Of a DNA stretch of 64,000 nucleotides, positions 51,983 through 64,000 are shown in pieces. The stretch covers positions 320,850,001 through 320,914,000 of the forward strand of contig OZ024743.1 of the NCBI GenBank assembly GCA_964016885.1, written 5' to 3'. Positions within the stretch are counted from its first letter, which is position 1. Every line of letters begins with the position of its first letter. Both the position numbers and the translations under genes were made by a program. Below the pieces are notes generated by a model. It did no database searches. It was not told the origin of the DNA and was given only the letters and a program-made list of their open reading frames with translations. Source of the DNA: Eledone cirrhosa. Its lineage: Eukaryota.

Positions 51983-53054
51983 CCAGCAGCAGTACCAAGC
52001 ATTGCCTGGGTAGGTAAAATAATATCTGCTTTGATGAAAAGGTGTTGATCTTAACGACTGCGAGTTTCTTGAAAATCGGTCGTAAGGTGTAGCAAAAGGC
52101 GAAATGTTGAGTGAAATCGTATGGAATATGTGGGAGGTGGAAAAAATCGTATTTTGAAGAATTAAACGGTTGCCACGCCGTCCCTGAACAAAAAATACAA
52201 AGTGTAAAGCTACTATAAGATGAGCAATGATAGGTTCTATCGTAGTATAAAAGTTGATCAAATAAATTGATTTATGTGTGAAGTGGAGCCGAGGTTTCGA
52301 ATTTGAACGAAATCGGTTGAAGAATGTGGGAGCTAATGATAGGTTCTGTTGTAGTATAAAAGTTGAACCAGATAAATTGATTTATATGTGAGGTGGAGCC
52401 AAAGTTTCGAATTTGAACAAAATCGGTTGGAAAAAGTGGGAGCTAGAGCCCAAAAGGCGGAAATTTGAGCGAAAAGGTGGTATTTTCGAATATTTAAGCG
52501 GCTGCCACGCCGTTCCTGAACAAAAAATCCAAAATATAAAGCCACTTGAAGACGTGCAATAATCAGATCTAGCGTAGTGTAAAATTTGAACAAAGTAGGT
52601 TGGTTAATGTGGGAGCTAGAGCCAAAATAGTGGAAATTTGAGTCTAAAAGTGGTATTTTTTAATATTTAAGCGGCTGCCACGCCGTCGCCGAACAACAAA
52701 TGCAAAATATAAAGCCATTACAGGATGTGCAATGATAAATTGTGTTTTTCTTTAAAATTTGAACGATATCAGTGGCAAAATGTGGAAGCTAGAGCCAAAA
52801 ATCTTATTTTTAGATACCTAAAAAAAGGTGACCCCCCCCCCCCCCCCCCCCCCCCATCGATTTTTATCTGCAGAATGATCCGGGAATAAAAAAAAAACGA
52901 TACGCTGATATATGGAAAACATTCCCCCGATGACTAATCTATGAGCCTGTAAAGTTTCATGAAAATCGGTCGTAAGGTGTAGGCCCCTATAGGTAATATA
53001 CAGACACACAGACACACACACACACACACATACTTAATTTTATATATATACAGA
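51983..53054 (-). mobile_element. Non-autonomous Helitron-like element with internal tandem repeats
   Basis: Minus-strand 5' TCTGTATATATATAAAA; 3' CCCAGGCAATGCTTGGTAC..CTGG hairpin-like end; TGCCACGCCG-containing repeats at about 52170, 52500 and 52675. Confidence 0.6.
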
Positions 53055-53354
53055 TTTATATTCAAGACCTTGTTTCTTTGCATGTTAACGTTTTCTCGTT
53101 TCATATAAAGAAAGCTTCTTTTGTACCAAATCATTAAAGTCAATTTTAATATCGTGTTACTCTATTTAGATTTAGTTCTGTCTTTAATGGAAAGAATATA
53201 GACAAGACAACATTAACGACATTCGGATATCTTTTAAGTTTATAATATATTTGTTACGACTGTAATCATTATAATGTTAGGATTGGTTGTCATGAATTTC
53301 CTCTTTGAAACATCATTGTACATTAATAAATGTTTTCTTTTATTTTGACTCTAG

Positions 53355-53629
53355 ATGCATGGTCAATGATACTTATCCTACATGTTCTGCTAGTGTAACC
53401 AAGATTTGTAACTATATGATAAACACGAATGATCTTTTCGGAAAATGTGTGAAAAAATTAGGCGACGAAGTAGCAAAACATTTTTATGAATCTTGCAAGA
53501 TTGATGTTTGTGCATACAAAGATGTATCTAAAACACTCAAAGGTGTTAAATGCCGATCTTTTGAAGCTTTCATTCGGAAATGTGAAGAAGTTGATGTCAT
53601 AATTAACTGGAGAAAGGTTTTAGGATGCT
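53355..53629 (+). CDS. Host gene exon: C8 domain
   Basis: FGKC..FYESCKIDVC..CRSFEAFIRKCEE....NWRKVLGC; CTAG|...|GTAAGT; phase 2-1. Confidence 0.93.
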
Positions 53630-54053
53630 GTAAGTAGATATTTTGAAATGCTTCTATTTTTTCCCTTGTTTCATCTTTCCTCTATCTGTTTCTTGCTTTC
53701 TGATTGTTTTCCCATCCATTTATGAACTAACATGTCAGCATTGTTTATCTACCCCTGCCGCGGGAATTCGAATATTTTGAATTGTTCTCATTCCTCTTTA
53801 CACTAAAATTTCAACATGATTTATCTACAACTTTCCCCCAAGCAATCCAATATTTTCAGATTTCTTCTTCAACGATTGATATTACAGGCGTCAAATTAAA
53901 TTCCAGAAAAGACGATCATCCCTATCATTGATACCAATAGTGTTTCTTTAATGTATTTTACTGCCTTCTCCTTTATTTGCACTATCATATCCTTCGCTTT
54001 ATTTGCACTTGCATATCATCCGCTTTTATCAACATGATTTTTTTAAAATTCAG

Positions 54054-54253
54054 CTTTGGATTGCTCAAAAAGCAAAAATATGATATACAAATTCAAAATT
54101 CAAGCCAACCAACCAACTTGTGCCAACAAAACACCTGCATTATCTGACTATTCTACTGATGGGTGCATCTGCATGTATAGATATGTGCTTAGTGGTACAG
54201 AATGTGTACTTCCGTCACAATGTGGCTGTATATACGATGGAACATACATAAAG
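54054..54253 (+). CDS. Host gene exon: TIL-like domain with reduced Cys set
   Basis: QPTCAN..DGCICMYRYVLSGTECVLPSQCGCIYDG; TTCAG|...|GTGAGT; phase 1-0. Confidence 0.9.
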
Positions 54254-54454
54254 GTGAGTCTCATATGTTTTGTGAAAAAGTTAAGTTTCAACATCTTTGT
54301 AAGTATTCTTCATTCGCATGCATATTGTACGTATGTTTGTATGTATGTATTGCACGTAGGTATACATGTATGTATGTATGTTTTCTCTTTCTCTTAATTT
54401 CGAGTATATTTTTTTGACCAGCCACCTTCCTGGTGGCAAGGTTGTAAAAGAAAA

Positions 54455-54625
54455 GAAATTGTCATCCACAACAGAACACGTTTTCAATGTGTGGTCCCAA
54501 ACTACAGTATCAGGCCGGTTGTGCTTTAATTTGGTGGCAGTTTTTATTTTCAGGTTCCACCAGTATTCCTTAGTGCCATCTGTCTCAATATATTCTTCCT
54601 CGTTTGTTGTTAATTTTGTTTTCCG
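54455..54625 (-). mobile_element. Restriction-like endonuclease fragment of an R4/NeSL-type non-LTR element
   Basis: EYWWNLKIKTATKLKHNRPDTVVWD..CSVVD. Confidence 0.65.
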
Positions 54626-55365
54626 TATGTATGTATGTATGTATGTATGTATGTATGTATGTATGTATGTATGTATGTATGTATGTATGTATGTATGTAT
54701 GTATGTATACATGCATGTACGTATCTATGGTCGGACCGTCGGCGACTAAACCGGCAACCCCACCAAGCTTGCTTGGTGAGGACGGTGATATTTGGACACC
54801 CTGCAGGGTGAAATACAAGACCCGGCAAAGGGCGGAGGAACTCAGCAGAGTCAACAGCCATCCAAATAGTACTTTTTTTTTTCACCTGGGAGTGAAAGGC
54901 CCCAGTTGCTGTCACAACACCTTTCTAGGAGAGGGGAAACTCTGAAAAAACGTCGCAGCTTCGGAAGCGTCCGATAATGTTGACCAGTTCTCCTTTTTGT
55001 GTAGTGTTTTCGATGCTCAGAGAGTGGGATTGTTCGAGTGCAAGGCCTTTCCCCACTTAAAAATCCTTCAAAGCACAGGCATTGCTTGTTCAGGATATGT
55101 TACAGGTTCGTGTGGCTGGCCGCTGTCTAAAAGTGCATCAAACACGATAATCTGACAAGTGATTACAGTACAGTTAGCAGAGTTTGCAGCCATGATGTAT
55201 GTATTTATCTATGTATGTATCTATGAATATATGTTTACGTATGTATATGCATAGATGTAAGTAGGCATGTATGTTTGTAAGTATGCAGGTATGCAGGTAT
55301 GCATGTATGTATGTACCTATGTACCTAACTACTCATCTCTCTCTCTCTCTTTCTTCTCCTCTCTA

Positions 55366-55430
<65 letters not shown>

Positions 55431-55484
55431 CATGTATATGGATATATATATTTATATGGAGATATATATTTATATAATTGTTTG

Positions 55485-55657
55485 TACTTTTGGCACAAGG
55501 CCAGCAATTACCCAGTACATTACTGGTACTTTAATTTATCGACCCCTGTAAGGATGAAAGGCAAAGTTAACCTCGGCGGGATTTGAACTCAGACCGTAAA
55601 GAGACGTAACTATGCTGGAAAGCATGGCGTCCGTCTCTCCACTGATACTGCCAATCC
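55485..55657 (-). mobile_element. SINE
   Basis: Reverse complement of the 865-1085 family. Confidence 0.8.
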
Positions 55658-55663
55658 ACAATG

Positions 55664-55907
<244 letters not shown>

Positions 55908-56144
55908 TATTTAGAAACACACAGATACATGCGGACACACACATATATACATGAATGCATCCGCACCCAACTGTGAGTTAAGGGTGCCAACTTCACCGAT
56001 GTTGCTCAATGAATGACCGGGACAGACCAATTCAGTTTGAACCAGACTGAACCAGTATCAGAGTTAAAAATACATTATGAAGAGAGAAGAAACATTTAGA
56101 TATAATTAGTAATAAAATGTATCATACCTAAACTGTTCCTAAGT

Positions 56145-56232
56145 TCCTCGACTACGTAGTTTCGTGGCATAAACAAAAACAATATATCAAAGATATAGAG
56201 TCCTTGCGAGGTCTGCCGACTTATCAAGAGGA
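56145..56232 (-). ncRNA. Type-I hammerhead ribozyme, U3-A8 core
   Basis: TCCTC-TTGATAA-GTCGGCA...TGCCAC-GAAAC TACGTA GTC-GAGGA. Confidence 0.85.
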
Positions 56233-56735
56233 TACCTCATTTTACTAGTCTCAAGAACGCGTCTACACGACGTGAGAAAGAATCCCAAAAGGCGGAGGGG
56301 GAGATAGTCACGCGATATAACGGTCGAGAAACAGAGCTAAGCCTCTTATAACCACGAAGAAAATACCACGGAGGCGGAGGGGGTATTCATATCGAGGCCG
56401 TAGAAGAGGTAGTGAAGAAGGCGAGAAGTATGAGTAATGGAAGCTTTCCAGTTGTCCCCACACTTCAAAGATTGCTCGACCAGAGGGAGTTATTAATATA
56501 TTTAGAAACACACAGATACATGCGGACACACACATATATACATGAATGCATCCGCACCCAACTGTGAGTTAAGGGTGCCAACTTCACCGATGTTGCTCAA
56601 TGAATGACCGGGACAGACCAATTCAGTTTGAACCAGACTGAACCAGTATCAGAGTTAAAAATACATTATGAAGAGAGAAGAAACATTTAGATATAATTAG
56701 TAATAAAATGTATCATACCTAAACTGTTCCTAAGT

Positions 56736-56823
56736 TCCTCGACTACGTAGTTTCGTGGCATAAACAAAAACAATATATCAAAGATATAGAGTCCTTGCGA
56801 GGTCTGCCGACTTATCAAGAGGA
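56736..56823 (-). ncRNA. Type-I hammerhead ribozyme, U3-A8 core (second unit)
   Basis: Same motif 591 bp downstream. Confidence 0.85.
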
Positions 56824-57125
56824 TACCTCATTTTACTAGTCTCAAGAACGCGTCTACACGACGTGAGAAAGAATCGCAAAGGGCGGAGGGGGAGATAGTC
56901 ACGCGATATAACGGTCGAGAAACAGAGCTAAGCCTCTTATAACCACGAAGAAAATACCACGGAGGCGGAGGGGGTATTCATATCGAGGCCGTAGAAGAGG
57001 TAGTGAAGAAGGCGAGAAGTATGAGTAATGGAAGCTTTCCAGTTGTCCCCACACTTCAAAGATTGCTCGACCAGAGGGAGTTATTAATATATTTAGAAAC
57101 ACACAGATACATGCGGACACAATAT

Positions 57126-57364
<239 letters not shown>

Positions 57365-57443
57365 ATTCCGGGTTGAATCGGAGGTAACCACAGTAAGTAA
57401 GGTACTCAATACATAGCAGAGTATAAAAGTTTTAATGTAGATG

Positions 57444-57494
57444 AGATTCTACAGGACTAGAACTGTTTCATTCATTAGAAATCATCAGGAATCT
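57444..57494 (-). ncRNA. Type-I hammerhead ribozyme
   Basis: Inverted copy of 59545-59595. Confidence 0.88.
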
Positions 57495-58083
57495 GGGTAT
57501 CAAAAAATAAATATGGTATTTATATGTCTCTACAAGTGGTAGGAGAGGGTGGGGAGTGGGATGGGTGCAGGTCATTGGTTGACAGAAAAGGGAATTCATT
57601 AAAAGCTAATTCTACAAACCTATAGTTTATTTTTATTTATTTATGTTTTTAGAGTAACAAGGGCAGACAGAATTCTATAAACAGGTTCCGGATGGCATAC
57701 CATTCCTTGTCATTAAGTTTCTCTTAAGCTAACAGGTGTCTATAAAATCAGTGGGGGGTCAGTCATGGTCGATAGAATTAAAGAAAAGGGAGATTCTTTA
57801 AAAGCTAAAGTCATTAAGGTTCTACTAAGTGACAAAGGTCTAGAGAATTCTGCAGACAGATTCAAAATACTGAGTGCATATCTTACTATTATCTTCGAAC
57901 TTCTCTTAAACTAATCAACTATATGCCAAAAATCAACAGACACGTTCACAAAAAAACAAAAAACCACATACTCACTCACACACTTACGCGCAACCATAAA
58001 CACACACACAAACACATATACACACATAAAAACACACACACATATATAAAAATATATATTCATGTACACACACATACATACAC

Positions 58084-58174
<91 letters not shown>

Positions 58175-58306
58175 TATATACACATATATACACACACACA
58201 TATATATATATACACATACACACACACATACACATACATACACATATATACACAAATACATATAGACATATATGCATACACATACACAGACACATATACA
58301 CACACT

Positions 58307-58367
<61 letters not shown>

Positions 58368-58423
58368 ACACATACATACATACACATACATATATACACA
58401 CACATACGCATACATATATATAC

Positions 58424-58456
<33 letters not shown>

Positions 58457-58486
58457 CATATATATATACGTACACACATATACATG

Positions 58487-58518
<32 letters not shown>

Positions 58519-58635
58519 AAAACCCCATACACACACATATATATACATATACACACACATACACACAAACACACACACACATATATATACACATATACAT
58601 ATATATATACATTCATATATTGTGTATGTGTGTAT

Positions 58636-58680
<45 letters not shown>

Positions 58681-58878
58681 TGTGTGTATATGTGTCTGTG
58701 TATGTGTATGTATATATGTCTATATGTATTTGTGTGTATATGTATACACATGTATATTTGTGTTTGTATGTATGCGTGTGAGTGTATTTATTTGTGTATA
58801 TATGTGTGTGTGTGTGTATGTATGTGTATGTGTGTATGTGTATATATATATATGTGTGTGTGTATATATGTGTATATA

Positions 58879-58952
<74 letters not shown>

Positions 58953-59544
58953 TGTGTGTATGTATGTGTGTGTACATGAATATATATTTTTATATATGTG
59001 TGTGTGTTTTTATGTGTGTATATGTGTTTGTGTGTGTGTTTATGGTTGCGCGTAAGTGTGTGAGTGAGTATGTGGTTTTTTGTTTTTTTGTGAACGTGTC
59101 TGTTGATTTTTGGCATATAGTTGATTAGTTTAAGAGAAGTTCGAAGATAATAGTAAGATATGCACTCAGTATTTTGAATCTGTCTGCAGAATTCTCTAGA
59201 CCTTTGTCACTTAGTAGAACCTTAATGACTTTAGCTTTTAAAGAATCTCCCTTTTCTTTAATTCTATCGACCATGACTGACTCCCCACTGATTTTATAGA
59301 CACCTGTTAGCTTAAGAGAAACTTAATGACAAGGAATGGTATGCCATCCGGAACCTGTTTATAGAATTCTGTCTGCCCTTGTTACTCTAAAAACATAAAT
59401 AAATAAAAATAAACTATAGGTTTGTAGAATTAGCTTTTAATGAATTCCCTTTTCTATCAACCAATGACCTGCACCCATCCCACTCCCCACCCTCTCCTAC
59501 CACTTGTAGAGACCTATAAATACCATATTTATTTTTTGATACCC

Positions 59545-59595
59545 AGATTCCTGATGATTTCTAATGAATGAAACAGTTCTAGTCCTGTAGAATCT
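59545..59595 (+). ncRNA. Type-I hammerhead ribozyme with 4-bp stem III
   Basis: AGATTC-CTGATGA-TTTCTAATGAAT-GAA ACAG TTCTAGTC CTGT A-GAATCT. Confidence 0.88.
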
Positions 59596-59607
59596 CATCT
59601 ATATTAA

Positions 59608-59638
<31 letters not shown>

Positions 59639-59689
59639 GACTTTGAAAGAGATAAAATGCTAAACAATGCAAGTAATCTGGTAATCTTT

Positions 59690-60600
59690 GTTTTTGTTGT
59701 TTTTGTTGTTGTTGTTATTATTGTTGTTGTTCTTTTATATGTCCAATATTTCGGGACCTAAAAGTCCCTTCATCAGGGATTAAGGAACCTTTAGTGAATA
59801 ACGTTCCAATTTCCTCTCTTTGAGATATATATTGATTTGATTTAAAGTTTTTCTAAGTCGTTTTCAAGCATTTTTTGGTGGTTACTTCCCTTTCCACGTG
59901 AATGAGGTCAATTGCCAATATAGTATTTCGCGAAATCAATTTTCCTTTTTGTATGAGATGTTTAGTTTGTGTGCCTGTGGGTGTGTCTTTTTATGTCAAG
60001 TACTGTGTGCTGAGTTCTAATCTATTATTTATTTGCGGGTTGAGTCTTCGTATGAGCAAAGCTTCCTTAATTCTTTAGTTGCCCACTATCACTGGCTTTA
60101 ATGGTAACGGTAATATGTTAGTTGATGTTTCTACATTTGTCAATGTATTTTTTTGAATGATGATACGCGTGTGTTGAGGTGTTCTTTAATGCGAGTGTGG
60201 AGTGCTCGAATCGTGCTACCAATGTAGAACTCCTTACATTTATTGCATTTAATCCGGTATATCATGTGTCCGCTGGCACATACCTGTATCGCGAATAGGG
60301 CAGTTAGTCAGCGAGCATTGATTGTTGTTGTCTCTGGATTGCTTTTTAGACATGTATCCGCGCAGTGAAGGGCCGGAGTGTACTAACTGTATGTCCAGTC
60401 CTTTTTTGCGGATAGCTTTGCAGAGAGCTCTGAGGATATCTGTGGTTAGGCGTTCGCTGAAATGTGGTTACTTCATGAAGTAGGTGTTAGAGGAGGCCAT
60501 GTACATGCGGCACCTTCGATTCTTAAGTCTATTTCGTTTCATTCTTTTCCATTTATCGTTTTCGGTGCGCCCGGCCGACTAACTCACTCGATATGCAAAT
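59690..60600 (-). mobile_element. 5'-truncated Penelope/Poseidon-type element (GIY-YIG) with 3' HHR
   Basis: Minus strand IYRIKCNKCKEFYIGSTIRALHTRIKEH at about 60180-60262. Confidence 0.85.
59742..59779 (-). ncRNA. Type-I minimal hammerhead motif
   Basis: TCC-CTGATGA-AGGGAC TTTTAG GTCCC-GAAATATT-GGA. Confidence 0.75.
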
Positions 60601-60673
60601 TAGGCTGCTCAGCCGTTAATATGCATAAGGAAAGTATATACTTCAAACTCTCAATCATCTGACAGGGATGTAT

Positions 60674-60716
60674 ACGATGCTGACGATAGCTAATAAGTTT
60701 GAAATTAGTTCATCGT
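60674..60716 (+). ncRNA. Type-I minimal hammerhead motif
   Basis: ACGATG-CTGACGA-TAGCTAATAAGTTT-GAAAT TA GTT-CATCGT; 6-bp stem I. Confidence 0.8.
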
Positions 60717-61019
60717 TCCCTTGTCAGTGTTGAACAAAAGGGCAACGATGGTTGCCGAACACTGTACGGCGTAATTCGGGCTGTTTGTTTACAAATAAAC
60801 CGAACATTATAATAAATGTTCGGTAAACCCATACGTACATATATATATATATATATATATGTGCATGTATGTATATATATACATACTACTGTACGTCTGT
60901 ATACATATATGTATGTACGTATACATACTTATATTTAAGTATCAGCCGTACTAAGAGTGAGAAATGAAATTTCGTTTCATTCTTTTCAATTTATATATAT
61001 ATATATATATATAAGTAAG

Positions 61020-64000
61020 ATGTATGGTAGGTCGTATGTGAATCGCGATGATCACGTCTGACTTACCAAATATGTGACGGTAGCTAGTTAAGCTCTATGC
61101 GTATACGCAGAGCAGAAATATTAGTTAAAAAGAACAAAGGAACTATTATGACATTATAACAAGTTTATTGCCGACAGCCGTTTCGTCCGACCCCATGGTG
61201 GGACTTATCAAGGCATATAACATGTGATTGCAAGATCATTGTTTACATCAACGTATCACTCAAGGCTAGCAGTTTGAAATTGTTGTATACATCAGCAACT
61301 CCGCTTTAAGGGGGGCTCTTTTATATTAGTTGTCGGGGTCAGCGATTGAAGTTTAAAAATTAGACAAAAATATATAATTCACGCATCAACATTAAACCAA
61401 AGACCTGGGGTCCCGTTGAAGCACCTCAGAAAATCCCTCAATGAGTGCATAAAGCTTACAGGCTCCAATACACCTATTAGTCTAGAAGAAAATTAAGAGG
61501 CTAATAAAATAAGAAAATAAAAATATAAAGTTTCTCTAAAAAATATATAGAGTTCCTATGAAATTTCTTCTAGAGAAAAAAATTTTTTTCCGAAAGAAAA
61601 AAACCTTCTTCCCCCGAGATCACGTTTACAAAATTCAGAAAACTGAATTGAAAACTAGGTTGAAAGAAACTAATCAATTAGAGGTTAATTCAGAGAGCCT
61701 TCCATAAATCTCTCAGAAAAGGCCCCTTTACTATTTCCAATAGGAACTTCTTCCGAGAGACCCTTCGAAGAATTAAAATTTTAGAGAGCCTTTAAGGATA
61801 AATATAAAAACGAATTGAGGAAAATTATACATTAAAAGTTAAAAATTAAAAATTACGGTATTTGGGATATCCGAGGAATTTTCAAAGGGCTGCTTCAACA
61901 GATACAACCTAGGCATAATAGGTACAATAATCTAAGCAATTTAACTAATTTAATTAGGGAGCAATTCAAGGAGTTTATCAAGTTGGGCAAGATTAAAGAA
62001 AGTGGTAACTAAGAAAATACATAAGCAAAAAGACAATAATCATAAAATGTATCTTTAAGAAGGTATAAGGTAGCTTCAGTGATCTAACCCTGTATTATCA
62101 CAAAAAAACATTCTAAAATTATTGATACAGGATTAAAAATTATTACAAAATCATTACAAAATTACCACAAAATCATTACAAAATTATCAAATTATCATAA
62201 AATTATCGCAAAATTATTACAAAAATATAACAGGATGAACAGTACTGGTGACCGTGTGGGCGCGATATCCATTCTGCCTATGCAGTCCCCTGCACAACTC
62301 CAGGCACGATATCCATTAGGCGTAAGCAGTCATCTGCATAGCTCCAGGCGCAGCTGGTCTTGTTTAAACGTTCATAGATCACCTGGGGTTCACTATTATC
62401 TGCGTGGACTCTCTGGGAGATGTACCTGTGGATCTAATAGCCAGTGGTTGCCGGATGTGGTCCGTTCGATCTTTTAGTTTCAGGGGTTGAACGCTTTCGC
62501 GATAGACGAGCCTGCTGGTTCTAAGTCCAAGGTTTCGCCACGCATGATGGATTGGTCCACATGCTATATTGTTAAAAAACCAGTGTGGATTTGACTGGGG
62601 TGGTATATTACGAACTCCAAGTCCACACGCGACTGGTCAAAAGCGAAGGGCTGTCCTCTCTTTGTTTGCTGTATGGGTCGTTCTCAGCTTAGATGGTGGT
62701 CGTGTTATCCATATTCCGTCAGCCCTGTATATTCAAGACAGATCAGGGTATGTATTTGCGGGTATGGTCCTGCGTCTACGTTATCCAGAGGGTCTCGCTT
62801 GTGGTATTTTCAAGTTCGCATGTCATCTCCCGGTTAAGACTGCGCATGCTTCGGTGAATCTCAAGCATGGAATCTTAGGGTATCATATTACACGGGGTGA
62901 CCAGCAGAAAATATACATTCTATGCTATCGCGCACGCGCTGGCCTGCGGCTACGACCGTGTCCAGTCTCGGCAGACAGCAGGTAGACCAGCTATACACAC
63001 CCCCGATCAGGGGGAACAACCCCTAACTTATCGAGTGGTCAGACTTCAAGGGAGTCAACTCTCCAAGCCCATTATGTCGACCGTGGTGAAATACAAAAAG
63101 AATTCCTATTAGTAAAGAACTAATCACTGATAATAAAGAACCAGCTCCAAAGAATGGGGGGGGCATCTATTTGGGCGGGGGTTTACTAAGGGAGGGGGTG
63201 GGGTGAGTGGCTATAGGCAGGGAGCGGCCGCCATATTTGGTGTTTTGTTACTGTTTCCCTAGGCAGTTCTCGAGTTTGTTGACATACATCTCCGACGGCA
63301 CCCTCTCAGATTAGTCAACGTGGTTCCAGGCCCTCACGATGTCCTGCATCGCAGGCATCAGCTGCCCCCAGGTTGCCCAGCAACAGTGTTGCCACCAATC
63401 CCAGGTTGGCAATTGGGACACAGGGTCGTCTGTTCCTCACCAGAGTCCCCATCGCCAATCGGGGAGCCGAGGCATCCATGCGGCCGGGGTTACCACAGAG
63501 CACCCTGTACGCCAGCGGGGCCGCCACGTGCAGGACTGGGTGGTGTCATGGCTATGTGTCCGGTCTGAAGAAAAAGAAAGAGCTAAGTATGGTATGGGGG
63601 CAGGACGAGAAGATTTCTGATCTCCTGTTGAGCAAGTTGAGCCCTGAGAATACTATGGCATGAGATTCAGATAGGCACAGGCTACAACACCTGCTCAACG
63701 AGCTATATGGAGGAGCCTTAGTAAGGCATCTCCAGCTGAGTGTGTAGGGGATTTTTGTTTGTTTTAAGCTATGTATATGCTCCGCTAACGACGTGGTATT
63801 TTTAAGCTTCTCATATCGGAAGCTATGCTGGTGGGCGTTGAACCTCGTCTTGAACTCATTAGCGGTTGATCCTACGTACGTCTTAGTATACGTGCCTGTG
63901 GTTACGTTACAAGCATATACCACGTTCCTGATAAGGCAGTGTCCAGCTAGTGGGCATTTGTCCTTCCTTCTGCAATTACACTCTTTAGTAGGGACATGCC
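61020..64000 (-). mobile_element. Naiad-type Penelope-like element (GIY-YIG, long 3' region), continues beyond the window
   Basis: CNCRRKDKCPLAGHC..VVYAC..YVGSTANEFKTRFNAH..CSLCLSE..LLNRRSE..CPH (63552-64000); continuity to the HHR at 61169 is inferred. Confidence 0.8.
61169..61215 (-). ncRNA. Type-I hammerhead ribozyme, U3-A8 core
   Basis: TGCC-TTGATAA-GTCC..GGAC-GAAAC GGCT GTC-GGCA followed by AATAAA. Confidence 0.85.

Larger units (their letters stand above)
57428..59610. mobile_element. 2.2-kb palindrome of a Penelope-like 3' region with terminal hammerheads
   Basis: 57428-58320 is the reverse complement of about 58640-59610; microsatellite-rich centre. Confidence 0.85.

Noticed and set aside
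52060-52800. Spaced repeats resembling a CRISPR array
   Set aside because: Degenerate long tandem units in a Helitron-like element; no unique spacers or cas genes; eukaryotic context
57911-59128. Many long YI/HT/CV-repeat ORFs, here and throughout the window
   Set aside because: Translations of (TA)n, (CA)n, (GA)n, (GAA)n and (TTTTTA)n microsatellites, not genes
63552-64000. Selenocysteine UGA codons reported for some Naiad PLEs
   Set aside because: Conserved Cys positions read here and at 19680-20100 and 10846-11300 are not TGA; no SECIS recognised by eye

Overview
AT-rich, microsatellite-dense eukaryotic DNA. The SINE, RTE and microsatellite repertoire resembles octopod cephalopod genomes, but this is recalled similarity, not a database result. 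One multi-exon host gene runs on the + strand and encodes a VWA-EGF-VWD-C8-TIL extracellular protein (zonadhesin/FCGBP/mucin-like). Its exons lie at about 40.5-54.3 kb, with candidate upstream microexons and two dead duplicated exons. The rest is mostly mobile DNA. (1) Two head-to-tail stacks of Tx1-like (L1-clade) LINEs are joined by (TATC)n. Both long copies carry a perfect AG|GTAAGT splice donor at the end of ORF1, and every copy retaining the ORF2 stop has it as a TAG|G acceptor-like site, so ORF2 may sit inside an intron. (2) About 22 type-I hammerhead ribozyme motifs from about 15 sequence families were read by eye. They mark Penelope-like (GIY-YIG) element 3' ends, outward-facing inverted repeats and non-coding tandem or circularly permuted retrozyme-like units. 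Six have the compensatory U3-A8 core. (3) RTE LINE fragments, internally deleted Helitrons, a pogo/Tc1-like MITE and SINEs. All calls were made by eye, so repeat boundaries are approximate.
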